From: Mucisphaera calidilacus
Lineage (GTDB): Bacteria > Planctomycetota > Phycisphaerae > Phycisphaerales > Phycisphaeraceae
Direction: 5' to 3'
NCBI RefSeq assembly: GCF_007748075.1
Contig: NZ_CP036280.1
Coordinates: 2,610,001-2,642,000 of the forward strand
DNA length: 32,000 bases
Part shown: positions 16,317 to 23,884 of the stretch, piece after piece
Numbering within the stretch: the stretch's first letter is position 1
Layout: each line of letters starts with the position of its first letter
The notes under the pieces: model-generated
Told to the model about the DNA's origin: nothing
The model's database searches: none
Seen by the model: only the letters and a program-made list of their open reading frames with translations
Position numbers and translations under genes: made by a program

Positions 16317-17387
16317 CTAGAAATCGTCCGCGTCGCTCTCCATGGTGCCCTTCCACTCCTCGAGGTGTTCGAGGTAGATGGCGGTCCCACGCGCGACGCA
16401 CGTCAACGGGTCTTCTGCGATCCGGCATTCGAGGCCGGTCGCGTTCGATACCACGACGTCGATGCCACGCAGCAGCGCGCCGCCGCCTGCGAGCACGATG
16501 CCGTTGTCCACGAGGTCGGCGGCCAGTTCCGGCTCGGCACGCTCGAGCGTGCGGGTCACGGTCTCGATGATCGCCGACAGCGGCTCCTGCAGTGCCTCGC
16601 GGATCTCCTCGGAGGTGATGACGGTCTTGCGGGGCAGGCCCGAGATCATGTCCCGGCCGCGGACCTCCATGGTGCGTTCTTCGCCGTCGGTCGCGGCGGA
16701 TCCGATCTCGATCTTGATGCGTTCGGCGGTCTGCTCGCCGATCATGAGGTTGTAGGCCTTCTTCATGTGGTTGATGATGGCCTCGTCCATGTCGTCGCCG
16801 GCCACGCGTACCGACTCGCACTGGGCGATGTCGGCGAGTGACATGATCGCCACTTCGGTGGTGCCGCCGCCGATGTCGACGATCATCGACGCGGTCGCCT
16901 CGACGATCGGCAGGCTGGCGCCGATGCCGGCCGCCATCGGTTCCTCAACGAGGTAGACCTTGCGGGCACCGGCCTTCTCGGCGGAATCGAGGACGGCCCG
17001 TCGTTCCACGGCGGTGATCCCGCTGGGGACCGCGATGACCACCCGCGGGCGGACCAGCGGGTGCTGGCCGTTGACCTTGCGGATGAAGTAGCTGAGCATC
17101 GCCTCGGTGATCTCGAAGTCGCTGATGACGCCGTCTTTGAGGGGGCGGATCGCGGTGATGGACCCGGGCGTCTTGCCGAGCATCTCCTTGGCGACCCAGC
17201 CGACGGCGAGTTCGTTGCCGTTGCGGAGCACCTGGGTCGAGTTTTTCTTGACCGCGACGACGGAAGGCTCGTTGAGCACGATGCCCTCGCCGCGCACGCA
17301 GACGAGCGTGTTGCAGGTGCCCAGGTCGATGCCCATGTCGACGCTGAACCAGCTGAGGAAGTTGTCGTAGAGGCCGTTGAGGATCAA
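16317..17387 (-). CDS. mreB: rod shape-determining actin homologue MreB
   Basis: GIDLGTCNTLV, VIAVPSGIT, IDIGGGTTEVA and VLAGGGALLRG are actin-fold phosphate/adenosine motifs. The apparent TTG start at 17387 gives an N-terminal amphipathic stretch ILNGLYDNFLSWF. The first ATG is Met18 at 17336. Confidence 0.92.
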   Translation of the reverse strand: MILNGLYDNFLSWFSVDMGIDLGTCNTLVCVRGEGIVLNEPSVVAVKKNSTQVLRNGNELAVGWVAKEMLGKTPGSITAIRPLKDGVISDFEITEAMLSYFIRKVNGQHPLVRPRVVIAVPSGITAVERRAVLDSAEKAGARKVYLVEEPMAAGIGASLPIVEATASMIVDIGGGTTEVAIMSLADIAQCESVRVAGDDMDEAIINHMKKAYNLMIGEQTAERIKIEIGSAATDGEERTMEVRGRDMISGLPRKTVITSEEIREALQEPLSAIIETVTRTLERAEPELAADLVDNGIVLAGGGALLRGIDVVVSNATGLECRIAEDPLTCVARGTAIYLEHLEEWKGTMESDADDF

Positions 17388-17564
17388 GCGTCGCCGCCCT
17401 TCAGGTCGTGGCTTGCCGGACGTGTTGCGTCGGGCCGACCGCTGGTCGCATCATAACGAAGGTCGGCGCAAGGGGTAAGCGCCGATAGAACGCTTATCGG
17501 TACGACCGGACCACAAACTTGGGAATCGCCACCGCCAGACGGCAGCGTGTTCGGGATGCGGGTG

Positions 17565-17708
17565 TCAGAACGGGAGCACCGGCATGAAGCCGCCGGAGAC
17601 CTGCGAGCTGCGGTACCAGACGACGCCGACCGCGGCCAGCAGCATCAGCAACGCCACCAGCAGGAGCACCGTGTAAACACCTTCTTCACCACTGTCTTGC
17701 TGCGCCAT
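17565..17708 (-). CDS. 47-aa single-pass membrane peptide (not in the ORF track, below cutoff)
   Basis: My own translation of the minus strand gives MAQQDSGEEGVYTVLLLVALLMLLAAVGVVWYRSSQVSGGFMPVLPF, ending in TGA. AGGAA lies 9 nt upstream of the ATG, which starts 15 nt after the stop of the coiled-coil gene. It has a clean 20-residue hydrophobic core. Coding status is unproven. Confidence 0.45.
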   Translation of the reverse strand: MAQQDSGEEGVYTVLLLVALLMLLAAVGVVWYRSSQVSGGFMPVLPF

Positions 17709-17722
17709 GGCTTGTTTCCTGA

Positions 17723-18607
17723 TTACTCGGCGAGACCCGCGAGGGCGCTGTCGCCGACCTGGATGGCGCCCTGAGCGAGCGAGATGCTGCCCGCTGCGTT
17801 GTCCGTGTCGACCGTCGTGATCCGCAGCTGGCCGAGGAACTGGCCCTGGCGGTGGATGCGGAAGATCATGTTCTTCTCGACGCCGTCGACCTCGCCGACG
17901 TTCACCTGAACGAGCATGAGCTGGTCGATCTGATCGATGCCCGTGACCTCGCCACGGATCAGGCGGTCCGGCTCGATCTCGAAGGCGTCTTCCTGCGTGG
18001 TCTCGCCCATGACGATGGCACGCTGATCCTCGGGGAGCTTGGCGATCGAGGCGACGAGCTGGGCGTTCGCACGCTCGAGCTGGGCCTGGCTCTCCTTGAG
18101 CCGGCGAACGGTGCGTTCGAGGCTGTCGCGGAGGCTCGCCAGCTCGGAGACCTGGTCCTGGAGTTCAACACGCTTGGTCTCGGCGTCGACACGACGTGTC
18201 TCGGTGGCCGCGATCCGGTTGGTGAGTTCGGTAATGAGTTCAGCGTTCTGCCGGGCGGTCGCCGACAGGCTCGACGTGTCGGCCTCGCGCTGGACCAGCT
18301 TCGAGTTGGCGTCTACAAGGGCCGCCCGGGACTCGGCACTCTCCGACTGGGTCTTGGCCAGCTCACCGGTGAGCTGCTCGATGGTCGCCTGCATCGCCGC
18401 CGACTTCTCGGCACCGGCAGACATCGCCGCGTTGATCTCCGTCTGTGCGCTGCGGGCCTTGGCCTCAGCGACTTCCAGAGAGTTCTTGGTCTGCGCCAGC
18501 TCCGTCTGAGCGTCCTCGATCGTTGCCACGAAGGGCACCGTCAAGGCCACCAGAAGAATCGACAAGACCGACACCAGAACGACTAACACCTTGGTGAGGA
18601 AGCTCAA
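17723..18607 (-). CDS. membrane-anchored coiled-coil protein with C-terminal beta-rich domain (hypothetical)
   Basis: N-terminal TM segment FLTKVLVVLVSVLSILLVALTVPFV. About 170 aa of Ala/Glu/Gln/Leu-rich, heptad-like sequence follows. The C-terminal ~80 aa are beta-rich (GEVTGIDQIDQLMLVQVNVGEVDGVEKNMIFRIHRQGQFLGQLRITTVD). The apparent TTG start is preceded by GAGAGGGA. Confidence 0.7.
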   Translation of the reverse strand: MSFLTKVLVVLVSVLSILLVALTVPFVATIEDAQTELAQTKNSLEVAEAKARSAQTEINAAMSAGAEKSAAMQATIEQLTGELAKTQSESAESRAALVDANSKLVQREADTSSLSATARQNAELITELTNRIAATETRRVDAETKRVELQDQVSELASLRDSLERTVRRLKESQAQLERANAQLVASIAKLPEDQRAIVMGETTQEDAFEIEPDRLIRGEVTGIDQIDQLMLVQVNVGEVDGVEKNMIFRIHRQGQFLGQLRITTVDTDNAAGSISLAQGAIQVGDSALAGLAE

Positions 18608-18766
18608 GACAGGTCCCTCTCGAGACAGAGATCAGGCCGCCGGACGCCAGCAGCCAACTGATTAGAGTTGGGTTATCGCAGAGGCCCCCGCGACTGTCAA
18701 CATCAGCCACCGGGCTCTCTTAAGCCGGTCGAGCCGTGCACCGGCCTCGTGCCCCCTTCAGACCGC

Positions 18767-19825
18767 TTATTGGCGTGCCAGTCGCTGTGCGTCGGCCTCG
18801 GTGGGGAGCCGACGGAGCACCCCCGCCGCCGCCGAGAGCCGGACCAGCGGGTCCTCGTCCAGCAGCGTGTCGCTGAGGAGCACGAGGGTGGTGGGGTCGT
18901 TGCTGTCGCCGAGCGTGTAGGCGGCCTGGGCACGGACGCCGGTGTAGGCCGACCCGAGCGCACGGATGACGATGGGCAGGCCGTCCTCGATGCCCATGAG
19001 GATCAGAGACCGGGCCGCGGCGAGTTGCAGTTCTGCGGGCGGGTTCTCGAGCAGCGACGCGAGCATCGGGATCATCCGCCGGTCGTCGAGCGGGCCGAGC
19101 ATGCTGACGGCGAGCACGCGGATCTCGTCGCTCTGGGAGTAGACCGCGGCGCGGATGGGCGACATGATCTCGTTGTCCTTCGCCGACGAGACCACGCGGT
19201 CGCGATCGGTCAGCTTGACCTCCGCCTCGGCCAGCTGCACGCGGACGATCTCGCGTCGGATGGCGGTGACGTGACGCCCGAAGGGCTGACGGGCAGCCTC
19301 CTGCAGCAGCGCGATGGCGCTGGGGTCGCCCATCTCGCCGAGGATCATGGCGGCGTTGCCGCGCACCGACGGGTCGGTCGAGAGCACGTAGCGCGCCAGC
19401 GGCGAGACATCGATCTTCAGGCCGTTCTGCGTCGCCGCGTAGATCGCCGCGGCCCTTACCGAGTGATCCGTGTCTACGCCCATGTCGACGGCCGCCTGGG
19501 CGTGCTGCTCGAGCCGCAGTTCGCCCACGGTCATGAGTGCTGCAAAGCGCACGGGGGCCACCTCGTCGAGCATCAGTGGGCCGACCAGTTCGCTGGCCAG
19601 GCCGGGCACCGGCTGGGACGCCTCGATGGCGTTCATGCGCAGTGTCGCGTCGCCCGACGCCGCCGCGGCGCGCACGATCCCGATCGACTTCTCACGCAGC
19701 GCGACCAGTTCCTCGGCGGCCATACCCCGTTGGCCCATCACCACCCCGGGCAAGGCCATCAGTCCGATCAGCGACAGAATCACCACACGCCGAGTCACGC
19801 TTGTCGTTCTCATTCGCATGTTCAT
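18767..19825 (-). CDS. secreted HEAT-repeat (PBS-lyase-like) protein
   Basis: Signal peptide ends ...LIGLMALPGVVMG. Repeated DxxVRxxAAxxLGxxGD units: DPSVRGNAAMILGEMGD, SDEIRVLAVSMLGPLDD, YTGVRAQAAYTLGDSND, DPLVRLSAAAGV. The ATG overlaps the lnt stop (ATGA). Confidence 0.75.
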   Translation of the reverse strand: MNMRMRTTSVTRRVVILSLIGLMALPGVVMGQRGMAAEELVALREKSIGIVRAAAASGDATLRMNAIEASQPVPGLASELVGPLMLDEVAPVRFAALMTVGELRLEQHAQAAVDMGVDTDHSVRAAAIYAATQNGLKIDVSPLARYVLSTDPSVRGNAAMILGEMGDPSAIALLQEAARQPFGRHVTAIRREIVRVQLAEAEVKLTDRDRVVSSAKDNEIMSPIRAAVYSQSDEIRVLAVSMLGPLDDRRMIPMLASLLENPPAELQLAAARSLILMGIEDGLPIVIRALGSAYTGVRAQAAYTLGDSNDPTTLVLLSDTLLDEDPLVRLSAAAGVLRRLPTEADAQRLARQ

Positions 19826-21633
19826 TCCTGCATCTTATCCGGATCGCTCGAGTTTCCCGCCTTCCGGCTCATCGGCCGATTGAGCAGGCCCGAGCCAAAC
19901 AGAGCCAGCAGTACGCAGACGATGACCAGCGGGTTCTCGCCCACATAGCTGTAGAGCGTCCGCTCGTACTCGCCTGACCGCCACCACCGTGTCGCTGAGC
20001 CCGCAAAGCCCTTGTGCCTGCCGTCGGCCTCGACCAGTTCGAGGATGCGCCCGTCCGCCGCGATGAATGCGCTGATGCCGGTGTTGGCCGCCTTGGCCAT
20101 CGGGACGTTGTTCTCGACGCAGCGGAACGCCGACATCTGCAGCCGCTGATAGCCCTGGCCCGGGATCGCGAACCACCCGTCGTTGGTCATATTGACCAGC
20201 CCGAACAGATGGGCGTTTTCAGACTCGCGTGCCGTGTTGACCATCTCGCGCACCAGCCGTGCCACGGTGTCCTCGAAGCAGATCGGGGTGACCAGACGCA
20301 GCCATACCGGGCCGTTCTCGTCGATGTCGAAGACCACCACGTCGTCGCCGGGCTGGATGGTGTAGTCGACGTCATAAGGCGTCAGGTACTTCACGACCAT
20401 GTTCTTGAGCCAGGGGATGTAGTCGACGATGGGCAGGTACTCGCCGAAGGGCACGCGGTGCATCTTGTCGTAGCGTTTGCTCTGCTGCCGTCCGTCGGGG
20501 CCGTAGTGGAAGACCGAATTCCGGGGGCCGTCGGGCAGCCAGCCCACACGGCCGTCCTCGAGCTCGACCTCGACCCATCGCTCGTAGGCCGGCGCTCCGA
20601 CGATGAGATGGACGCCATGCACCGCCGCGAGATCACGGATCTGACCCTCGATCTGGCCGAAGGAGGTGAAGCCCTTCTCGTCGGCCCAGGCGAGCGTCTG
20701 GGGATCGATCCCGACCGGCGCCACCGACTCGGGCCAGATGATCACGTGCTCGTGGGTCCGATCCGGGTCGAGGGAGGTCGATGCCTCGATCGCACGCTCG
20801 GTCTCGATCAGCAGTTCGTGCCAGTAGCGGATCCGGTCTTCGAGTGAGGGCGACTGGCGGTTGTCCTGCGGCTCGTTCGTCTGAACCACGGAGACGACGA
20901 CGCCGGGCGAGTCGGTTGGGTCACGGGTTTCGCCCGCGAACGGTGGGGTTCCCGCGGCGACCCAGACGACGAGACCGACCACCGTCACACCGGCCAGCCG
21001 CCCGAGGAAGCGCTTGCGGAAAGGCGGGCGTTCCTCGTCGGGCTTGGGTGTGCGGAACGAGTGGATCATGACGTCGGCGATGAAGCCGTTGATCACGGCC
21101 ACGACGCCCGTGACGGTCAGTTCGCCGAACAGCGATGCGGTCTGGATCAGGCTCGCCGAGTGCTCCGGCAGCCAGGGTCCCTGGCTGTGGCCGAGCAGGA
21201 ACCACGCGAAGCCGCCGAAGGGCATGCGCGTCCGCAGGAGCTCCACCAGTACCCAGACCACGGGGACGGCGACCGTGAGAGACAGGCGGCCGTGAAGCGT
21301 CAGTCGGCGGATCAGCACCCACCCGAGCGTCGTGAAGAGACTCAGGATCAGGGATGCCGCCATCGTCCCGCCCAGCGTCACGGGCACCAGCCACCAGAGC
21401 ATCACGACCCACCAAACCCAGAAGACCGGCACCGAGACCCACACCAGACGCCAGAGCGACTCGGCGTGCCGCGCCAGCAGCGCCCCGGGGACGAGGGCGA
21501 CGTAGGCGAGCCACCACCAGCCCGTCGACGGGTAGATCACCCCCAGCAGCACCGCCGAGAGCAGCAGCGCCACCACGTGCCCCAGCAACTTCGGCGGACC
21601 GAGCACCACAGGCGGTTTCACGACTTTACGCAT
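19822..21633 (-). CDS. lnt: apolipoprotein N-acyltransferase
   Basis: Multi-TM N-terminal half followed by a CN-hydrolase domain with Glu (IIWPESV), Lys (YDKMHRVPFGEYLP) and Cys (LVTPICFEDT) triad contexts. A terminal TM segment is present. Confidence 0.88.
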   Translation of the reverse strand: MRKVVKPPVVLGPPKLLGHVVALLLSAVLLGVIYPSTGWWWLAYVALVPGALLARHAESLWRLVWVSVPVFWVWWVVMLWWLVPVTLGGTMAASLILSLFTTLGWVLIRRLTLHGRLSLTVAVPVVWVLVELLRTRMPFGGFAWFLLGHSQGPWLPEHSASLIQTASLFGELTVTGVVAVINGFIADVMIHSFRTPKPDEERPPFRKRFLGRLAGVTVVGLVVWVAAGTPPFAGETRDPTDSPGVVVSVVQTNEPQDNRQSPSLEDRIRYWHELLIETERAIEASTSLDPDRTHEHVIIWPESVAPVGIDPQTLAWADEKGFTSFGQIEGQIRDLAAVHGVHLIVGAPAYERWVEVELEDGRVGWLPDGPRNSVFHYGPDGRQQSKRYDKMHRVPFGEYLPIVDYIPWLKNMVVKYLTPYDVDYTIQPGDDVVVFDIDENGPVWLRLVTPICFEDTVARLVREMVNTARESENAHLFGLVNMTNDGWFAIPGQGYQRLQMSAFRCVENNVPMAKAANTGISAFIAADGRILELVEADGRHKGFAGSATRWWRSGEYERTLYSYVGENPLVIVCVLLALFGSGLLNRPMSRKAGNSSDPDKMQE

Positions 21634-21659
21634 CCCCGGAGCATACCCCCATCAAAGAA

Positions 21660-21684
21660 CCCACGGACCATCCTGGTCCGTGGG
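21660..21684 (-). terminator. perfect stem-loop after xerC (terminator-like, also in the lnt leader)
   Basis: CCCACGGACCA-TCC-TGGTCCGTGGG is a perfect 11-bp stem. On the minus strand it is followed by TTCTTTGAT. It lies 40 nt after the xerC stop and only 26 nt before the lnt ATG, so its role (terminator versus leader structure) is ambiguous. Confidence 0.45.
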
Positions 21685-21723
21685 CCGTATTCCATCGACG
21701 TCCTTGTCGAGAGATAACTCTGA

Positions 21724-22683
21724 TTACATCGCCCGCGGGTGCGCCTCTTCGTAGGCCGTGCGCATCCGGTTCGTCGACAGGTGGGTGTAGACCTGCGTCG
21801 TCGAGAGCGACTGGTGGCCCAGCAGTTCCTGGACGCTGCGCAGGTCCGCGCCGTTGTCGAGCAGGTGGGTGGCGAAGCTGTGCCGCAGGGTGTGGGGGCT
21901 GATCGACGGGTCGAGGCCGACCTCGATGAGGTATTTATCGAGCTTGCGGCGGACCGACCGGCTCGAGAGCCGCCCGCCGTTCTTGTTCACGAACAGGGGC
22001 ACCGCCGGGTTCACCAGCGACTCCTGGCGGATCCGCGTGAACCGGGGGTCCGGCTCGAGGAGGGTCAGGTAGTGACGGATCGCGGCCAGGGCGTGCGAGC
22101 CGAGGGGCACGATGCGTTCCTTCTTGCCCTTGCCGCGGACCAGGAGCGTCTGGCTGTCGAGGTCGAGGTCATTGCGGTTGAGGTCGACCAGTTCGGAGAC
22201 GCGCACGCCTGTCGAGTAGAGCGTCTCGAGGATCGCGCGGTCGCGAGCGCCGAGCGTCTCGCGGTTGTCCGGGGCCGAGAGCAGCTTCTCGACCTGCTCG
22301 ACCGTAATCGCCTTGGGCAGGCGCTTGGTCTGCTTGGGCGTGCGGATGAGCAGCATCGGGTTGGACTCGACAAGGCTGACCTTCAGCATCCACTTGTAGA
22401 AGCTGCGGAGCGTCGCGATCTTCCGTGCCATCGTCGCGGAGCTGTACCCGAAGGTGTCGAGCTTCGCGAGGAAGTCACGGACGAGAACCGGGTCGGCGGT
22501 GCGCAGCCTGCCCTCGAGGTAGTTCTCGATGCCGGTGGAGGCCTCCTCGGGCGCCCCCTCCTCGAGGTACTCGACGAACTGACGCAGGTCGGCCCCGTAG
22601 CAACGTGCCGTGTAAGGACTGAAATGACGCTCGTGGCGCAGGTAATTCGCGAAGCGTTCTAACAGGGGCAGCGTTCCGGGCAT
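21724..22683 (-). CDS. xerC: tyrosine site-specific recombinase, XerC/XerD type
   Basis: N-terminal SAM-like domain LERFANYLRHERHFSPYTARCYGADLRQFVEYL. Catalytic contexts ARDRAILETLYSTGVRVSEL, KGKKERIVPL, HTLRHSFATHLL, LGHQSLSTTQVYTHL. Start ATG 22683 follows AAGGAA; the 403-aa track version adds an Arg/Ala-rich artefact. XerC versus XerD cannot be resolved by eye. Confidence 0.85.
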   Translation of the reverse strand: MPGTLPLLERFANYLRHERHFSPYTARCYGADLRQFVEYLEEGAPEEASTGIENYLEGRLRTADPVLVRDFLAKLDTFGYSSATMARKIATLRSFYKWMLKVSLVESNPMLLIRTPKQTKRLPKAITVEQVEKLLSAPDNRETLGARDRAILETLYSTGVRVSELVDLNRNDLDLDSQTLLVRGKGKKERIVPLGSHALAAIRHYLTLLEPDPRFTRIRQESLVNPAVPLFVNKNGGRLSSRSVRRKLDKYLIEVGLDPSISPHTLRHSFATHLLDNGADLRSVQELLGHQSLSTTQVYTHLSTNRMRTAYEEAHPRAM

Positions 22684-22724
22684 CTTCAGATTCCTTATTG
22701 ATATGAGGCACGTTCGCCTCGGGA

Positions 22725-23009
22725 TCAGGGCTTCCGCTTGTCTTCGAGCCGGCGGCGCATCCGCAGCCCCATGTGGTGGGACAGCACGGCGGCGTCGAAC
22801 CAGTCCAGGTTGTTCTTGGGGTCGTCCACCATCAGCGCGAGCTGATTGAGCAGCGCCGACTCTTCCCCCGGACCGCAACGGAACACGTGCCGCTGGCCCT
22901 TCTTCTCGAGCACCAGTTCGTGCTCGTTGTCCCACACCGGGCCCGCGCCCTCCAGGGGGAGGCTGGTCGCGGCGGGTTGTGAGGAAGAAGGGGTCATGCC
23001 TGGCTCCAT
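22725..23009 (-). CDS. hypothetical small protein (94 aa)
   Basis: The ORF lies between the lipoprotein gene and xerC on the same strand. The sequence ...VWDNEHELVLEKKGQRHVFRCGPGEESALLNQLALMVDDPKNNLDWFDAAVLSHHMGL... is not low-complexity. Start could be 23009 or 22997; the 23120 start would overlap the upstream gene. No domain recognised. Confidence 0.5.
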   Translation of the reverse strand: MEPGMTPSSSQPAATSLPLEGAGPVWDNEHELVLEKKGQRHVFRCGPGEESALLNQLALMVDDPKNNLDWFDAAVLSHHMGLRMRRRLEDKRKP

Positions 23010-23049
23010 GGTCCGACCTGCGTCGGGCCGTGAAGCCTCTCGCAGATCC

Positions 23050-23823
23050 CTATCGGTGTCCGACCCGTTTCGGCCGGTCGTTGTCGCTGCCACGCGTCTC
23101 GTCGGGCTCCGCCGGGGCAAGACGGATGGTCTCGGCCGCCAGCAGACGCCGCGCCAGCTCGTGGCAGGCGAAGTCTGTGTACAGGTTCATGCTCCGCTTG
23201 ATGTGCAGCCACGCGTCGGGATCCTCGGGCCTCACGCCGCGATCCACCGCGTAGTCCATCAGGCGGTCCCTGGTGCGTGGGTTGGACGCGTCGAGCATCG
23301 CGCTGAGCGACACCAGCACGCGTCCCGAATGCCGCTCGTCGGGCGCCGTCTCGTTCGACGTGCCCGCCTTGGTCATCACGCGAAGATCGACCATCTGGAC
23401 CGGCGGGGCGAGGTATTCGTACACCTCCGCCGCCATGCCCAGCCGAGGCGGGTCGTAGGGGTCGTACGCGGTGATCGTCCCGACGACGAGCAGCTCGGCA
23501 TCCAGATACTGAAGCAGCATCCTGGCCTCGCCCATCGACGACACGCCACTGAGCCCGAGCTGATCCATCACCGTCAGCACGCGTGTCAGGGGCAGCGCGA
23601 CCAGACCCTCCGACCGGTCCAGAGACCGCGTCAGGGAATCCGCCACACGCTGACCGTCCGCCGCCGTCGTGCCCGATTCGTTGACGAACGGGACTACGGC
23701 GATCACACGCGTCTCCGGGTAGGGAGACACCAGCTCCGGCGCTCTGCGGGGCCCGAACAACGAGCAACCCGTCAGACACGTCACGACCACCACCAGGGTC
23801 AGCAGAACCTGTTTACTTGTCAT
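23050..23823 (-). CDS. lipoprotein with CsgG/LpoB/TolB-N-terminal-like alpha/beta domain
   Basis: Lipobox LVVVVTCLTG|C. RVIAVVPFVNESGTT...VADSLTRSL...LVALPLTRVL...LDAELLVVGTITAYD follows the 'IAVLPFxNxSG ... GADxLLxGxIT' pattern of that fold class. The C-terminal ~90 aa are unassigned. Confidence 0.65.
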   Translation of the reverse strand: MTSKQVLLTLVVVVTCLTGCSLFGPRRAPELVSPYPETRVIAVVPFVNESGTTAADGQRVADSLTRSLDRSEGLVALPLTRVLTVMDQLGLSGVSSMGEARMLLQYLDAELLVVGTITAYDPYDPPRLGMAAEVYEYLAPPVQMVDLRVMTKAGTSNETAPDERHSGRVLVSLSAMLDASNPRTRDRLMDYAVDRGVRPEDPDAWLHIKRSMNLYTDFACHELARRLLAAETIRLAPAEPDETRGSDNDRPKRVGHR

Positions 23824-23884
23824 GGCATCCTGCCCGCTCGTCGGCCGTTTCCAACGGCCGCGATCAATTCAAACCATCAACCGA

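Noticed and set aside
17547-17774. 75-aa plus-strand ORF overlapping the micro-ORF region.
   Set aside because: It has a GTG start without an RBS and His/Gln/Arg-rich composition. It overlaps the 3' end of the coiled-coil gene on the other strand. The minus-strand 47-aa ORF has an RBS and a clean TM helix, so it is the better explanation of this stretch.
21724-22935. XerC-like recombinase as the integrase of a genomic island or mobile element.
   Set aside because: The protein has the housekeeping XerC/XerD N-terminal and catalytic layout. I saw no flanking tRNA, direct repeats, phage or transposase genes, and neighbours on both sides are core envelope genes. I also looked for a dif-like AT-rich 28-mer nearby and could not recognise one.
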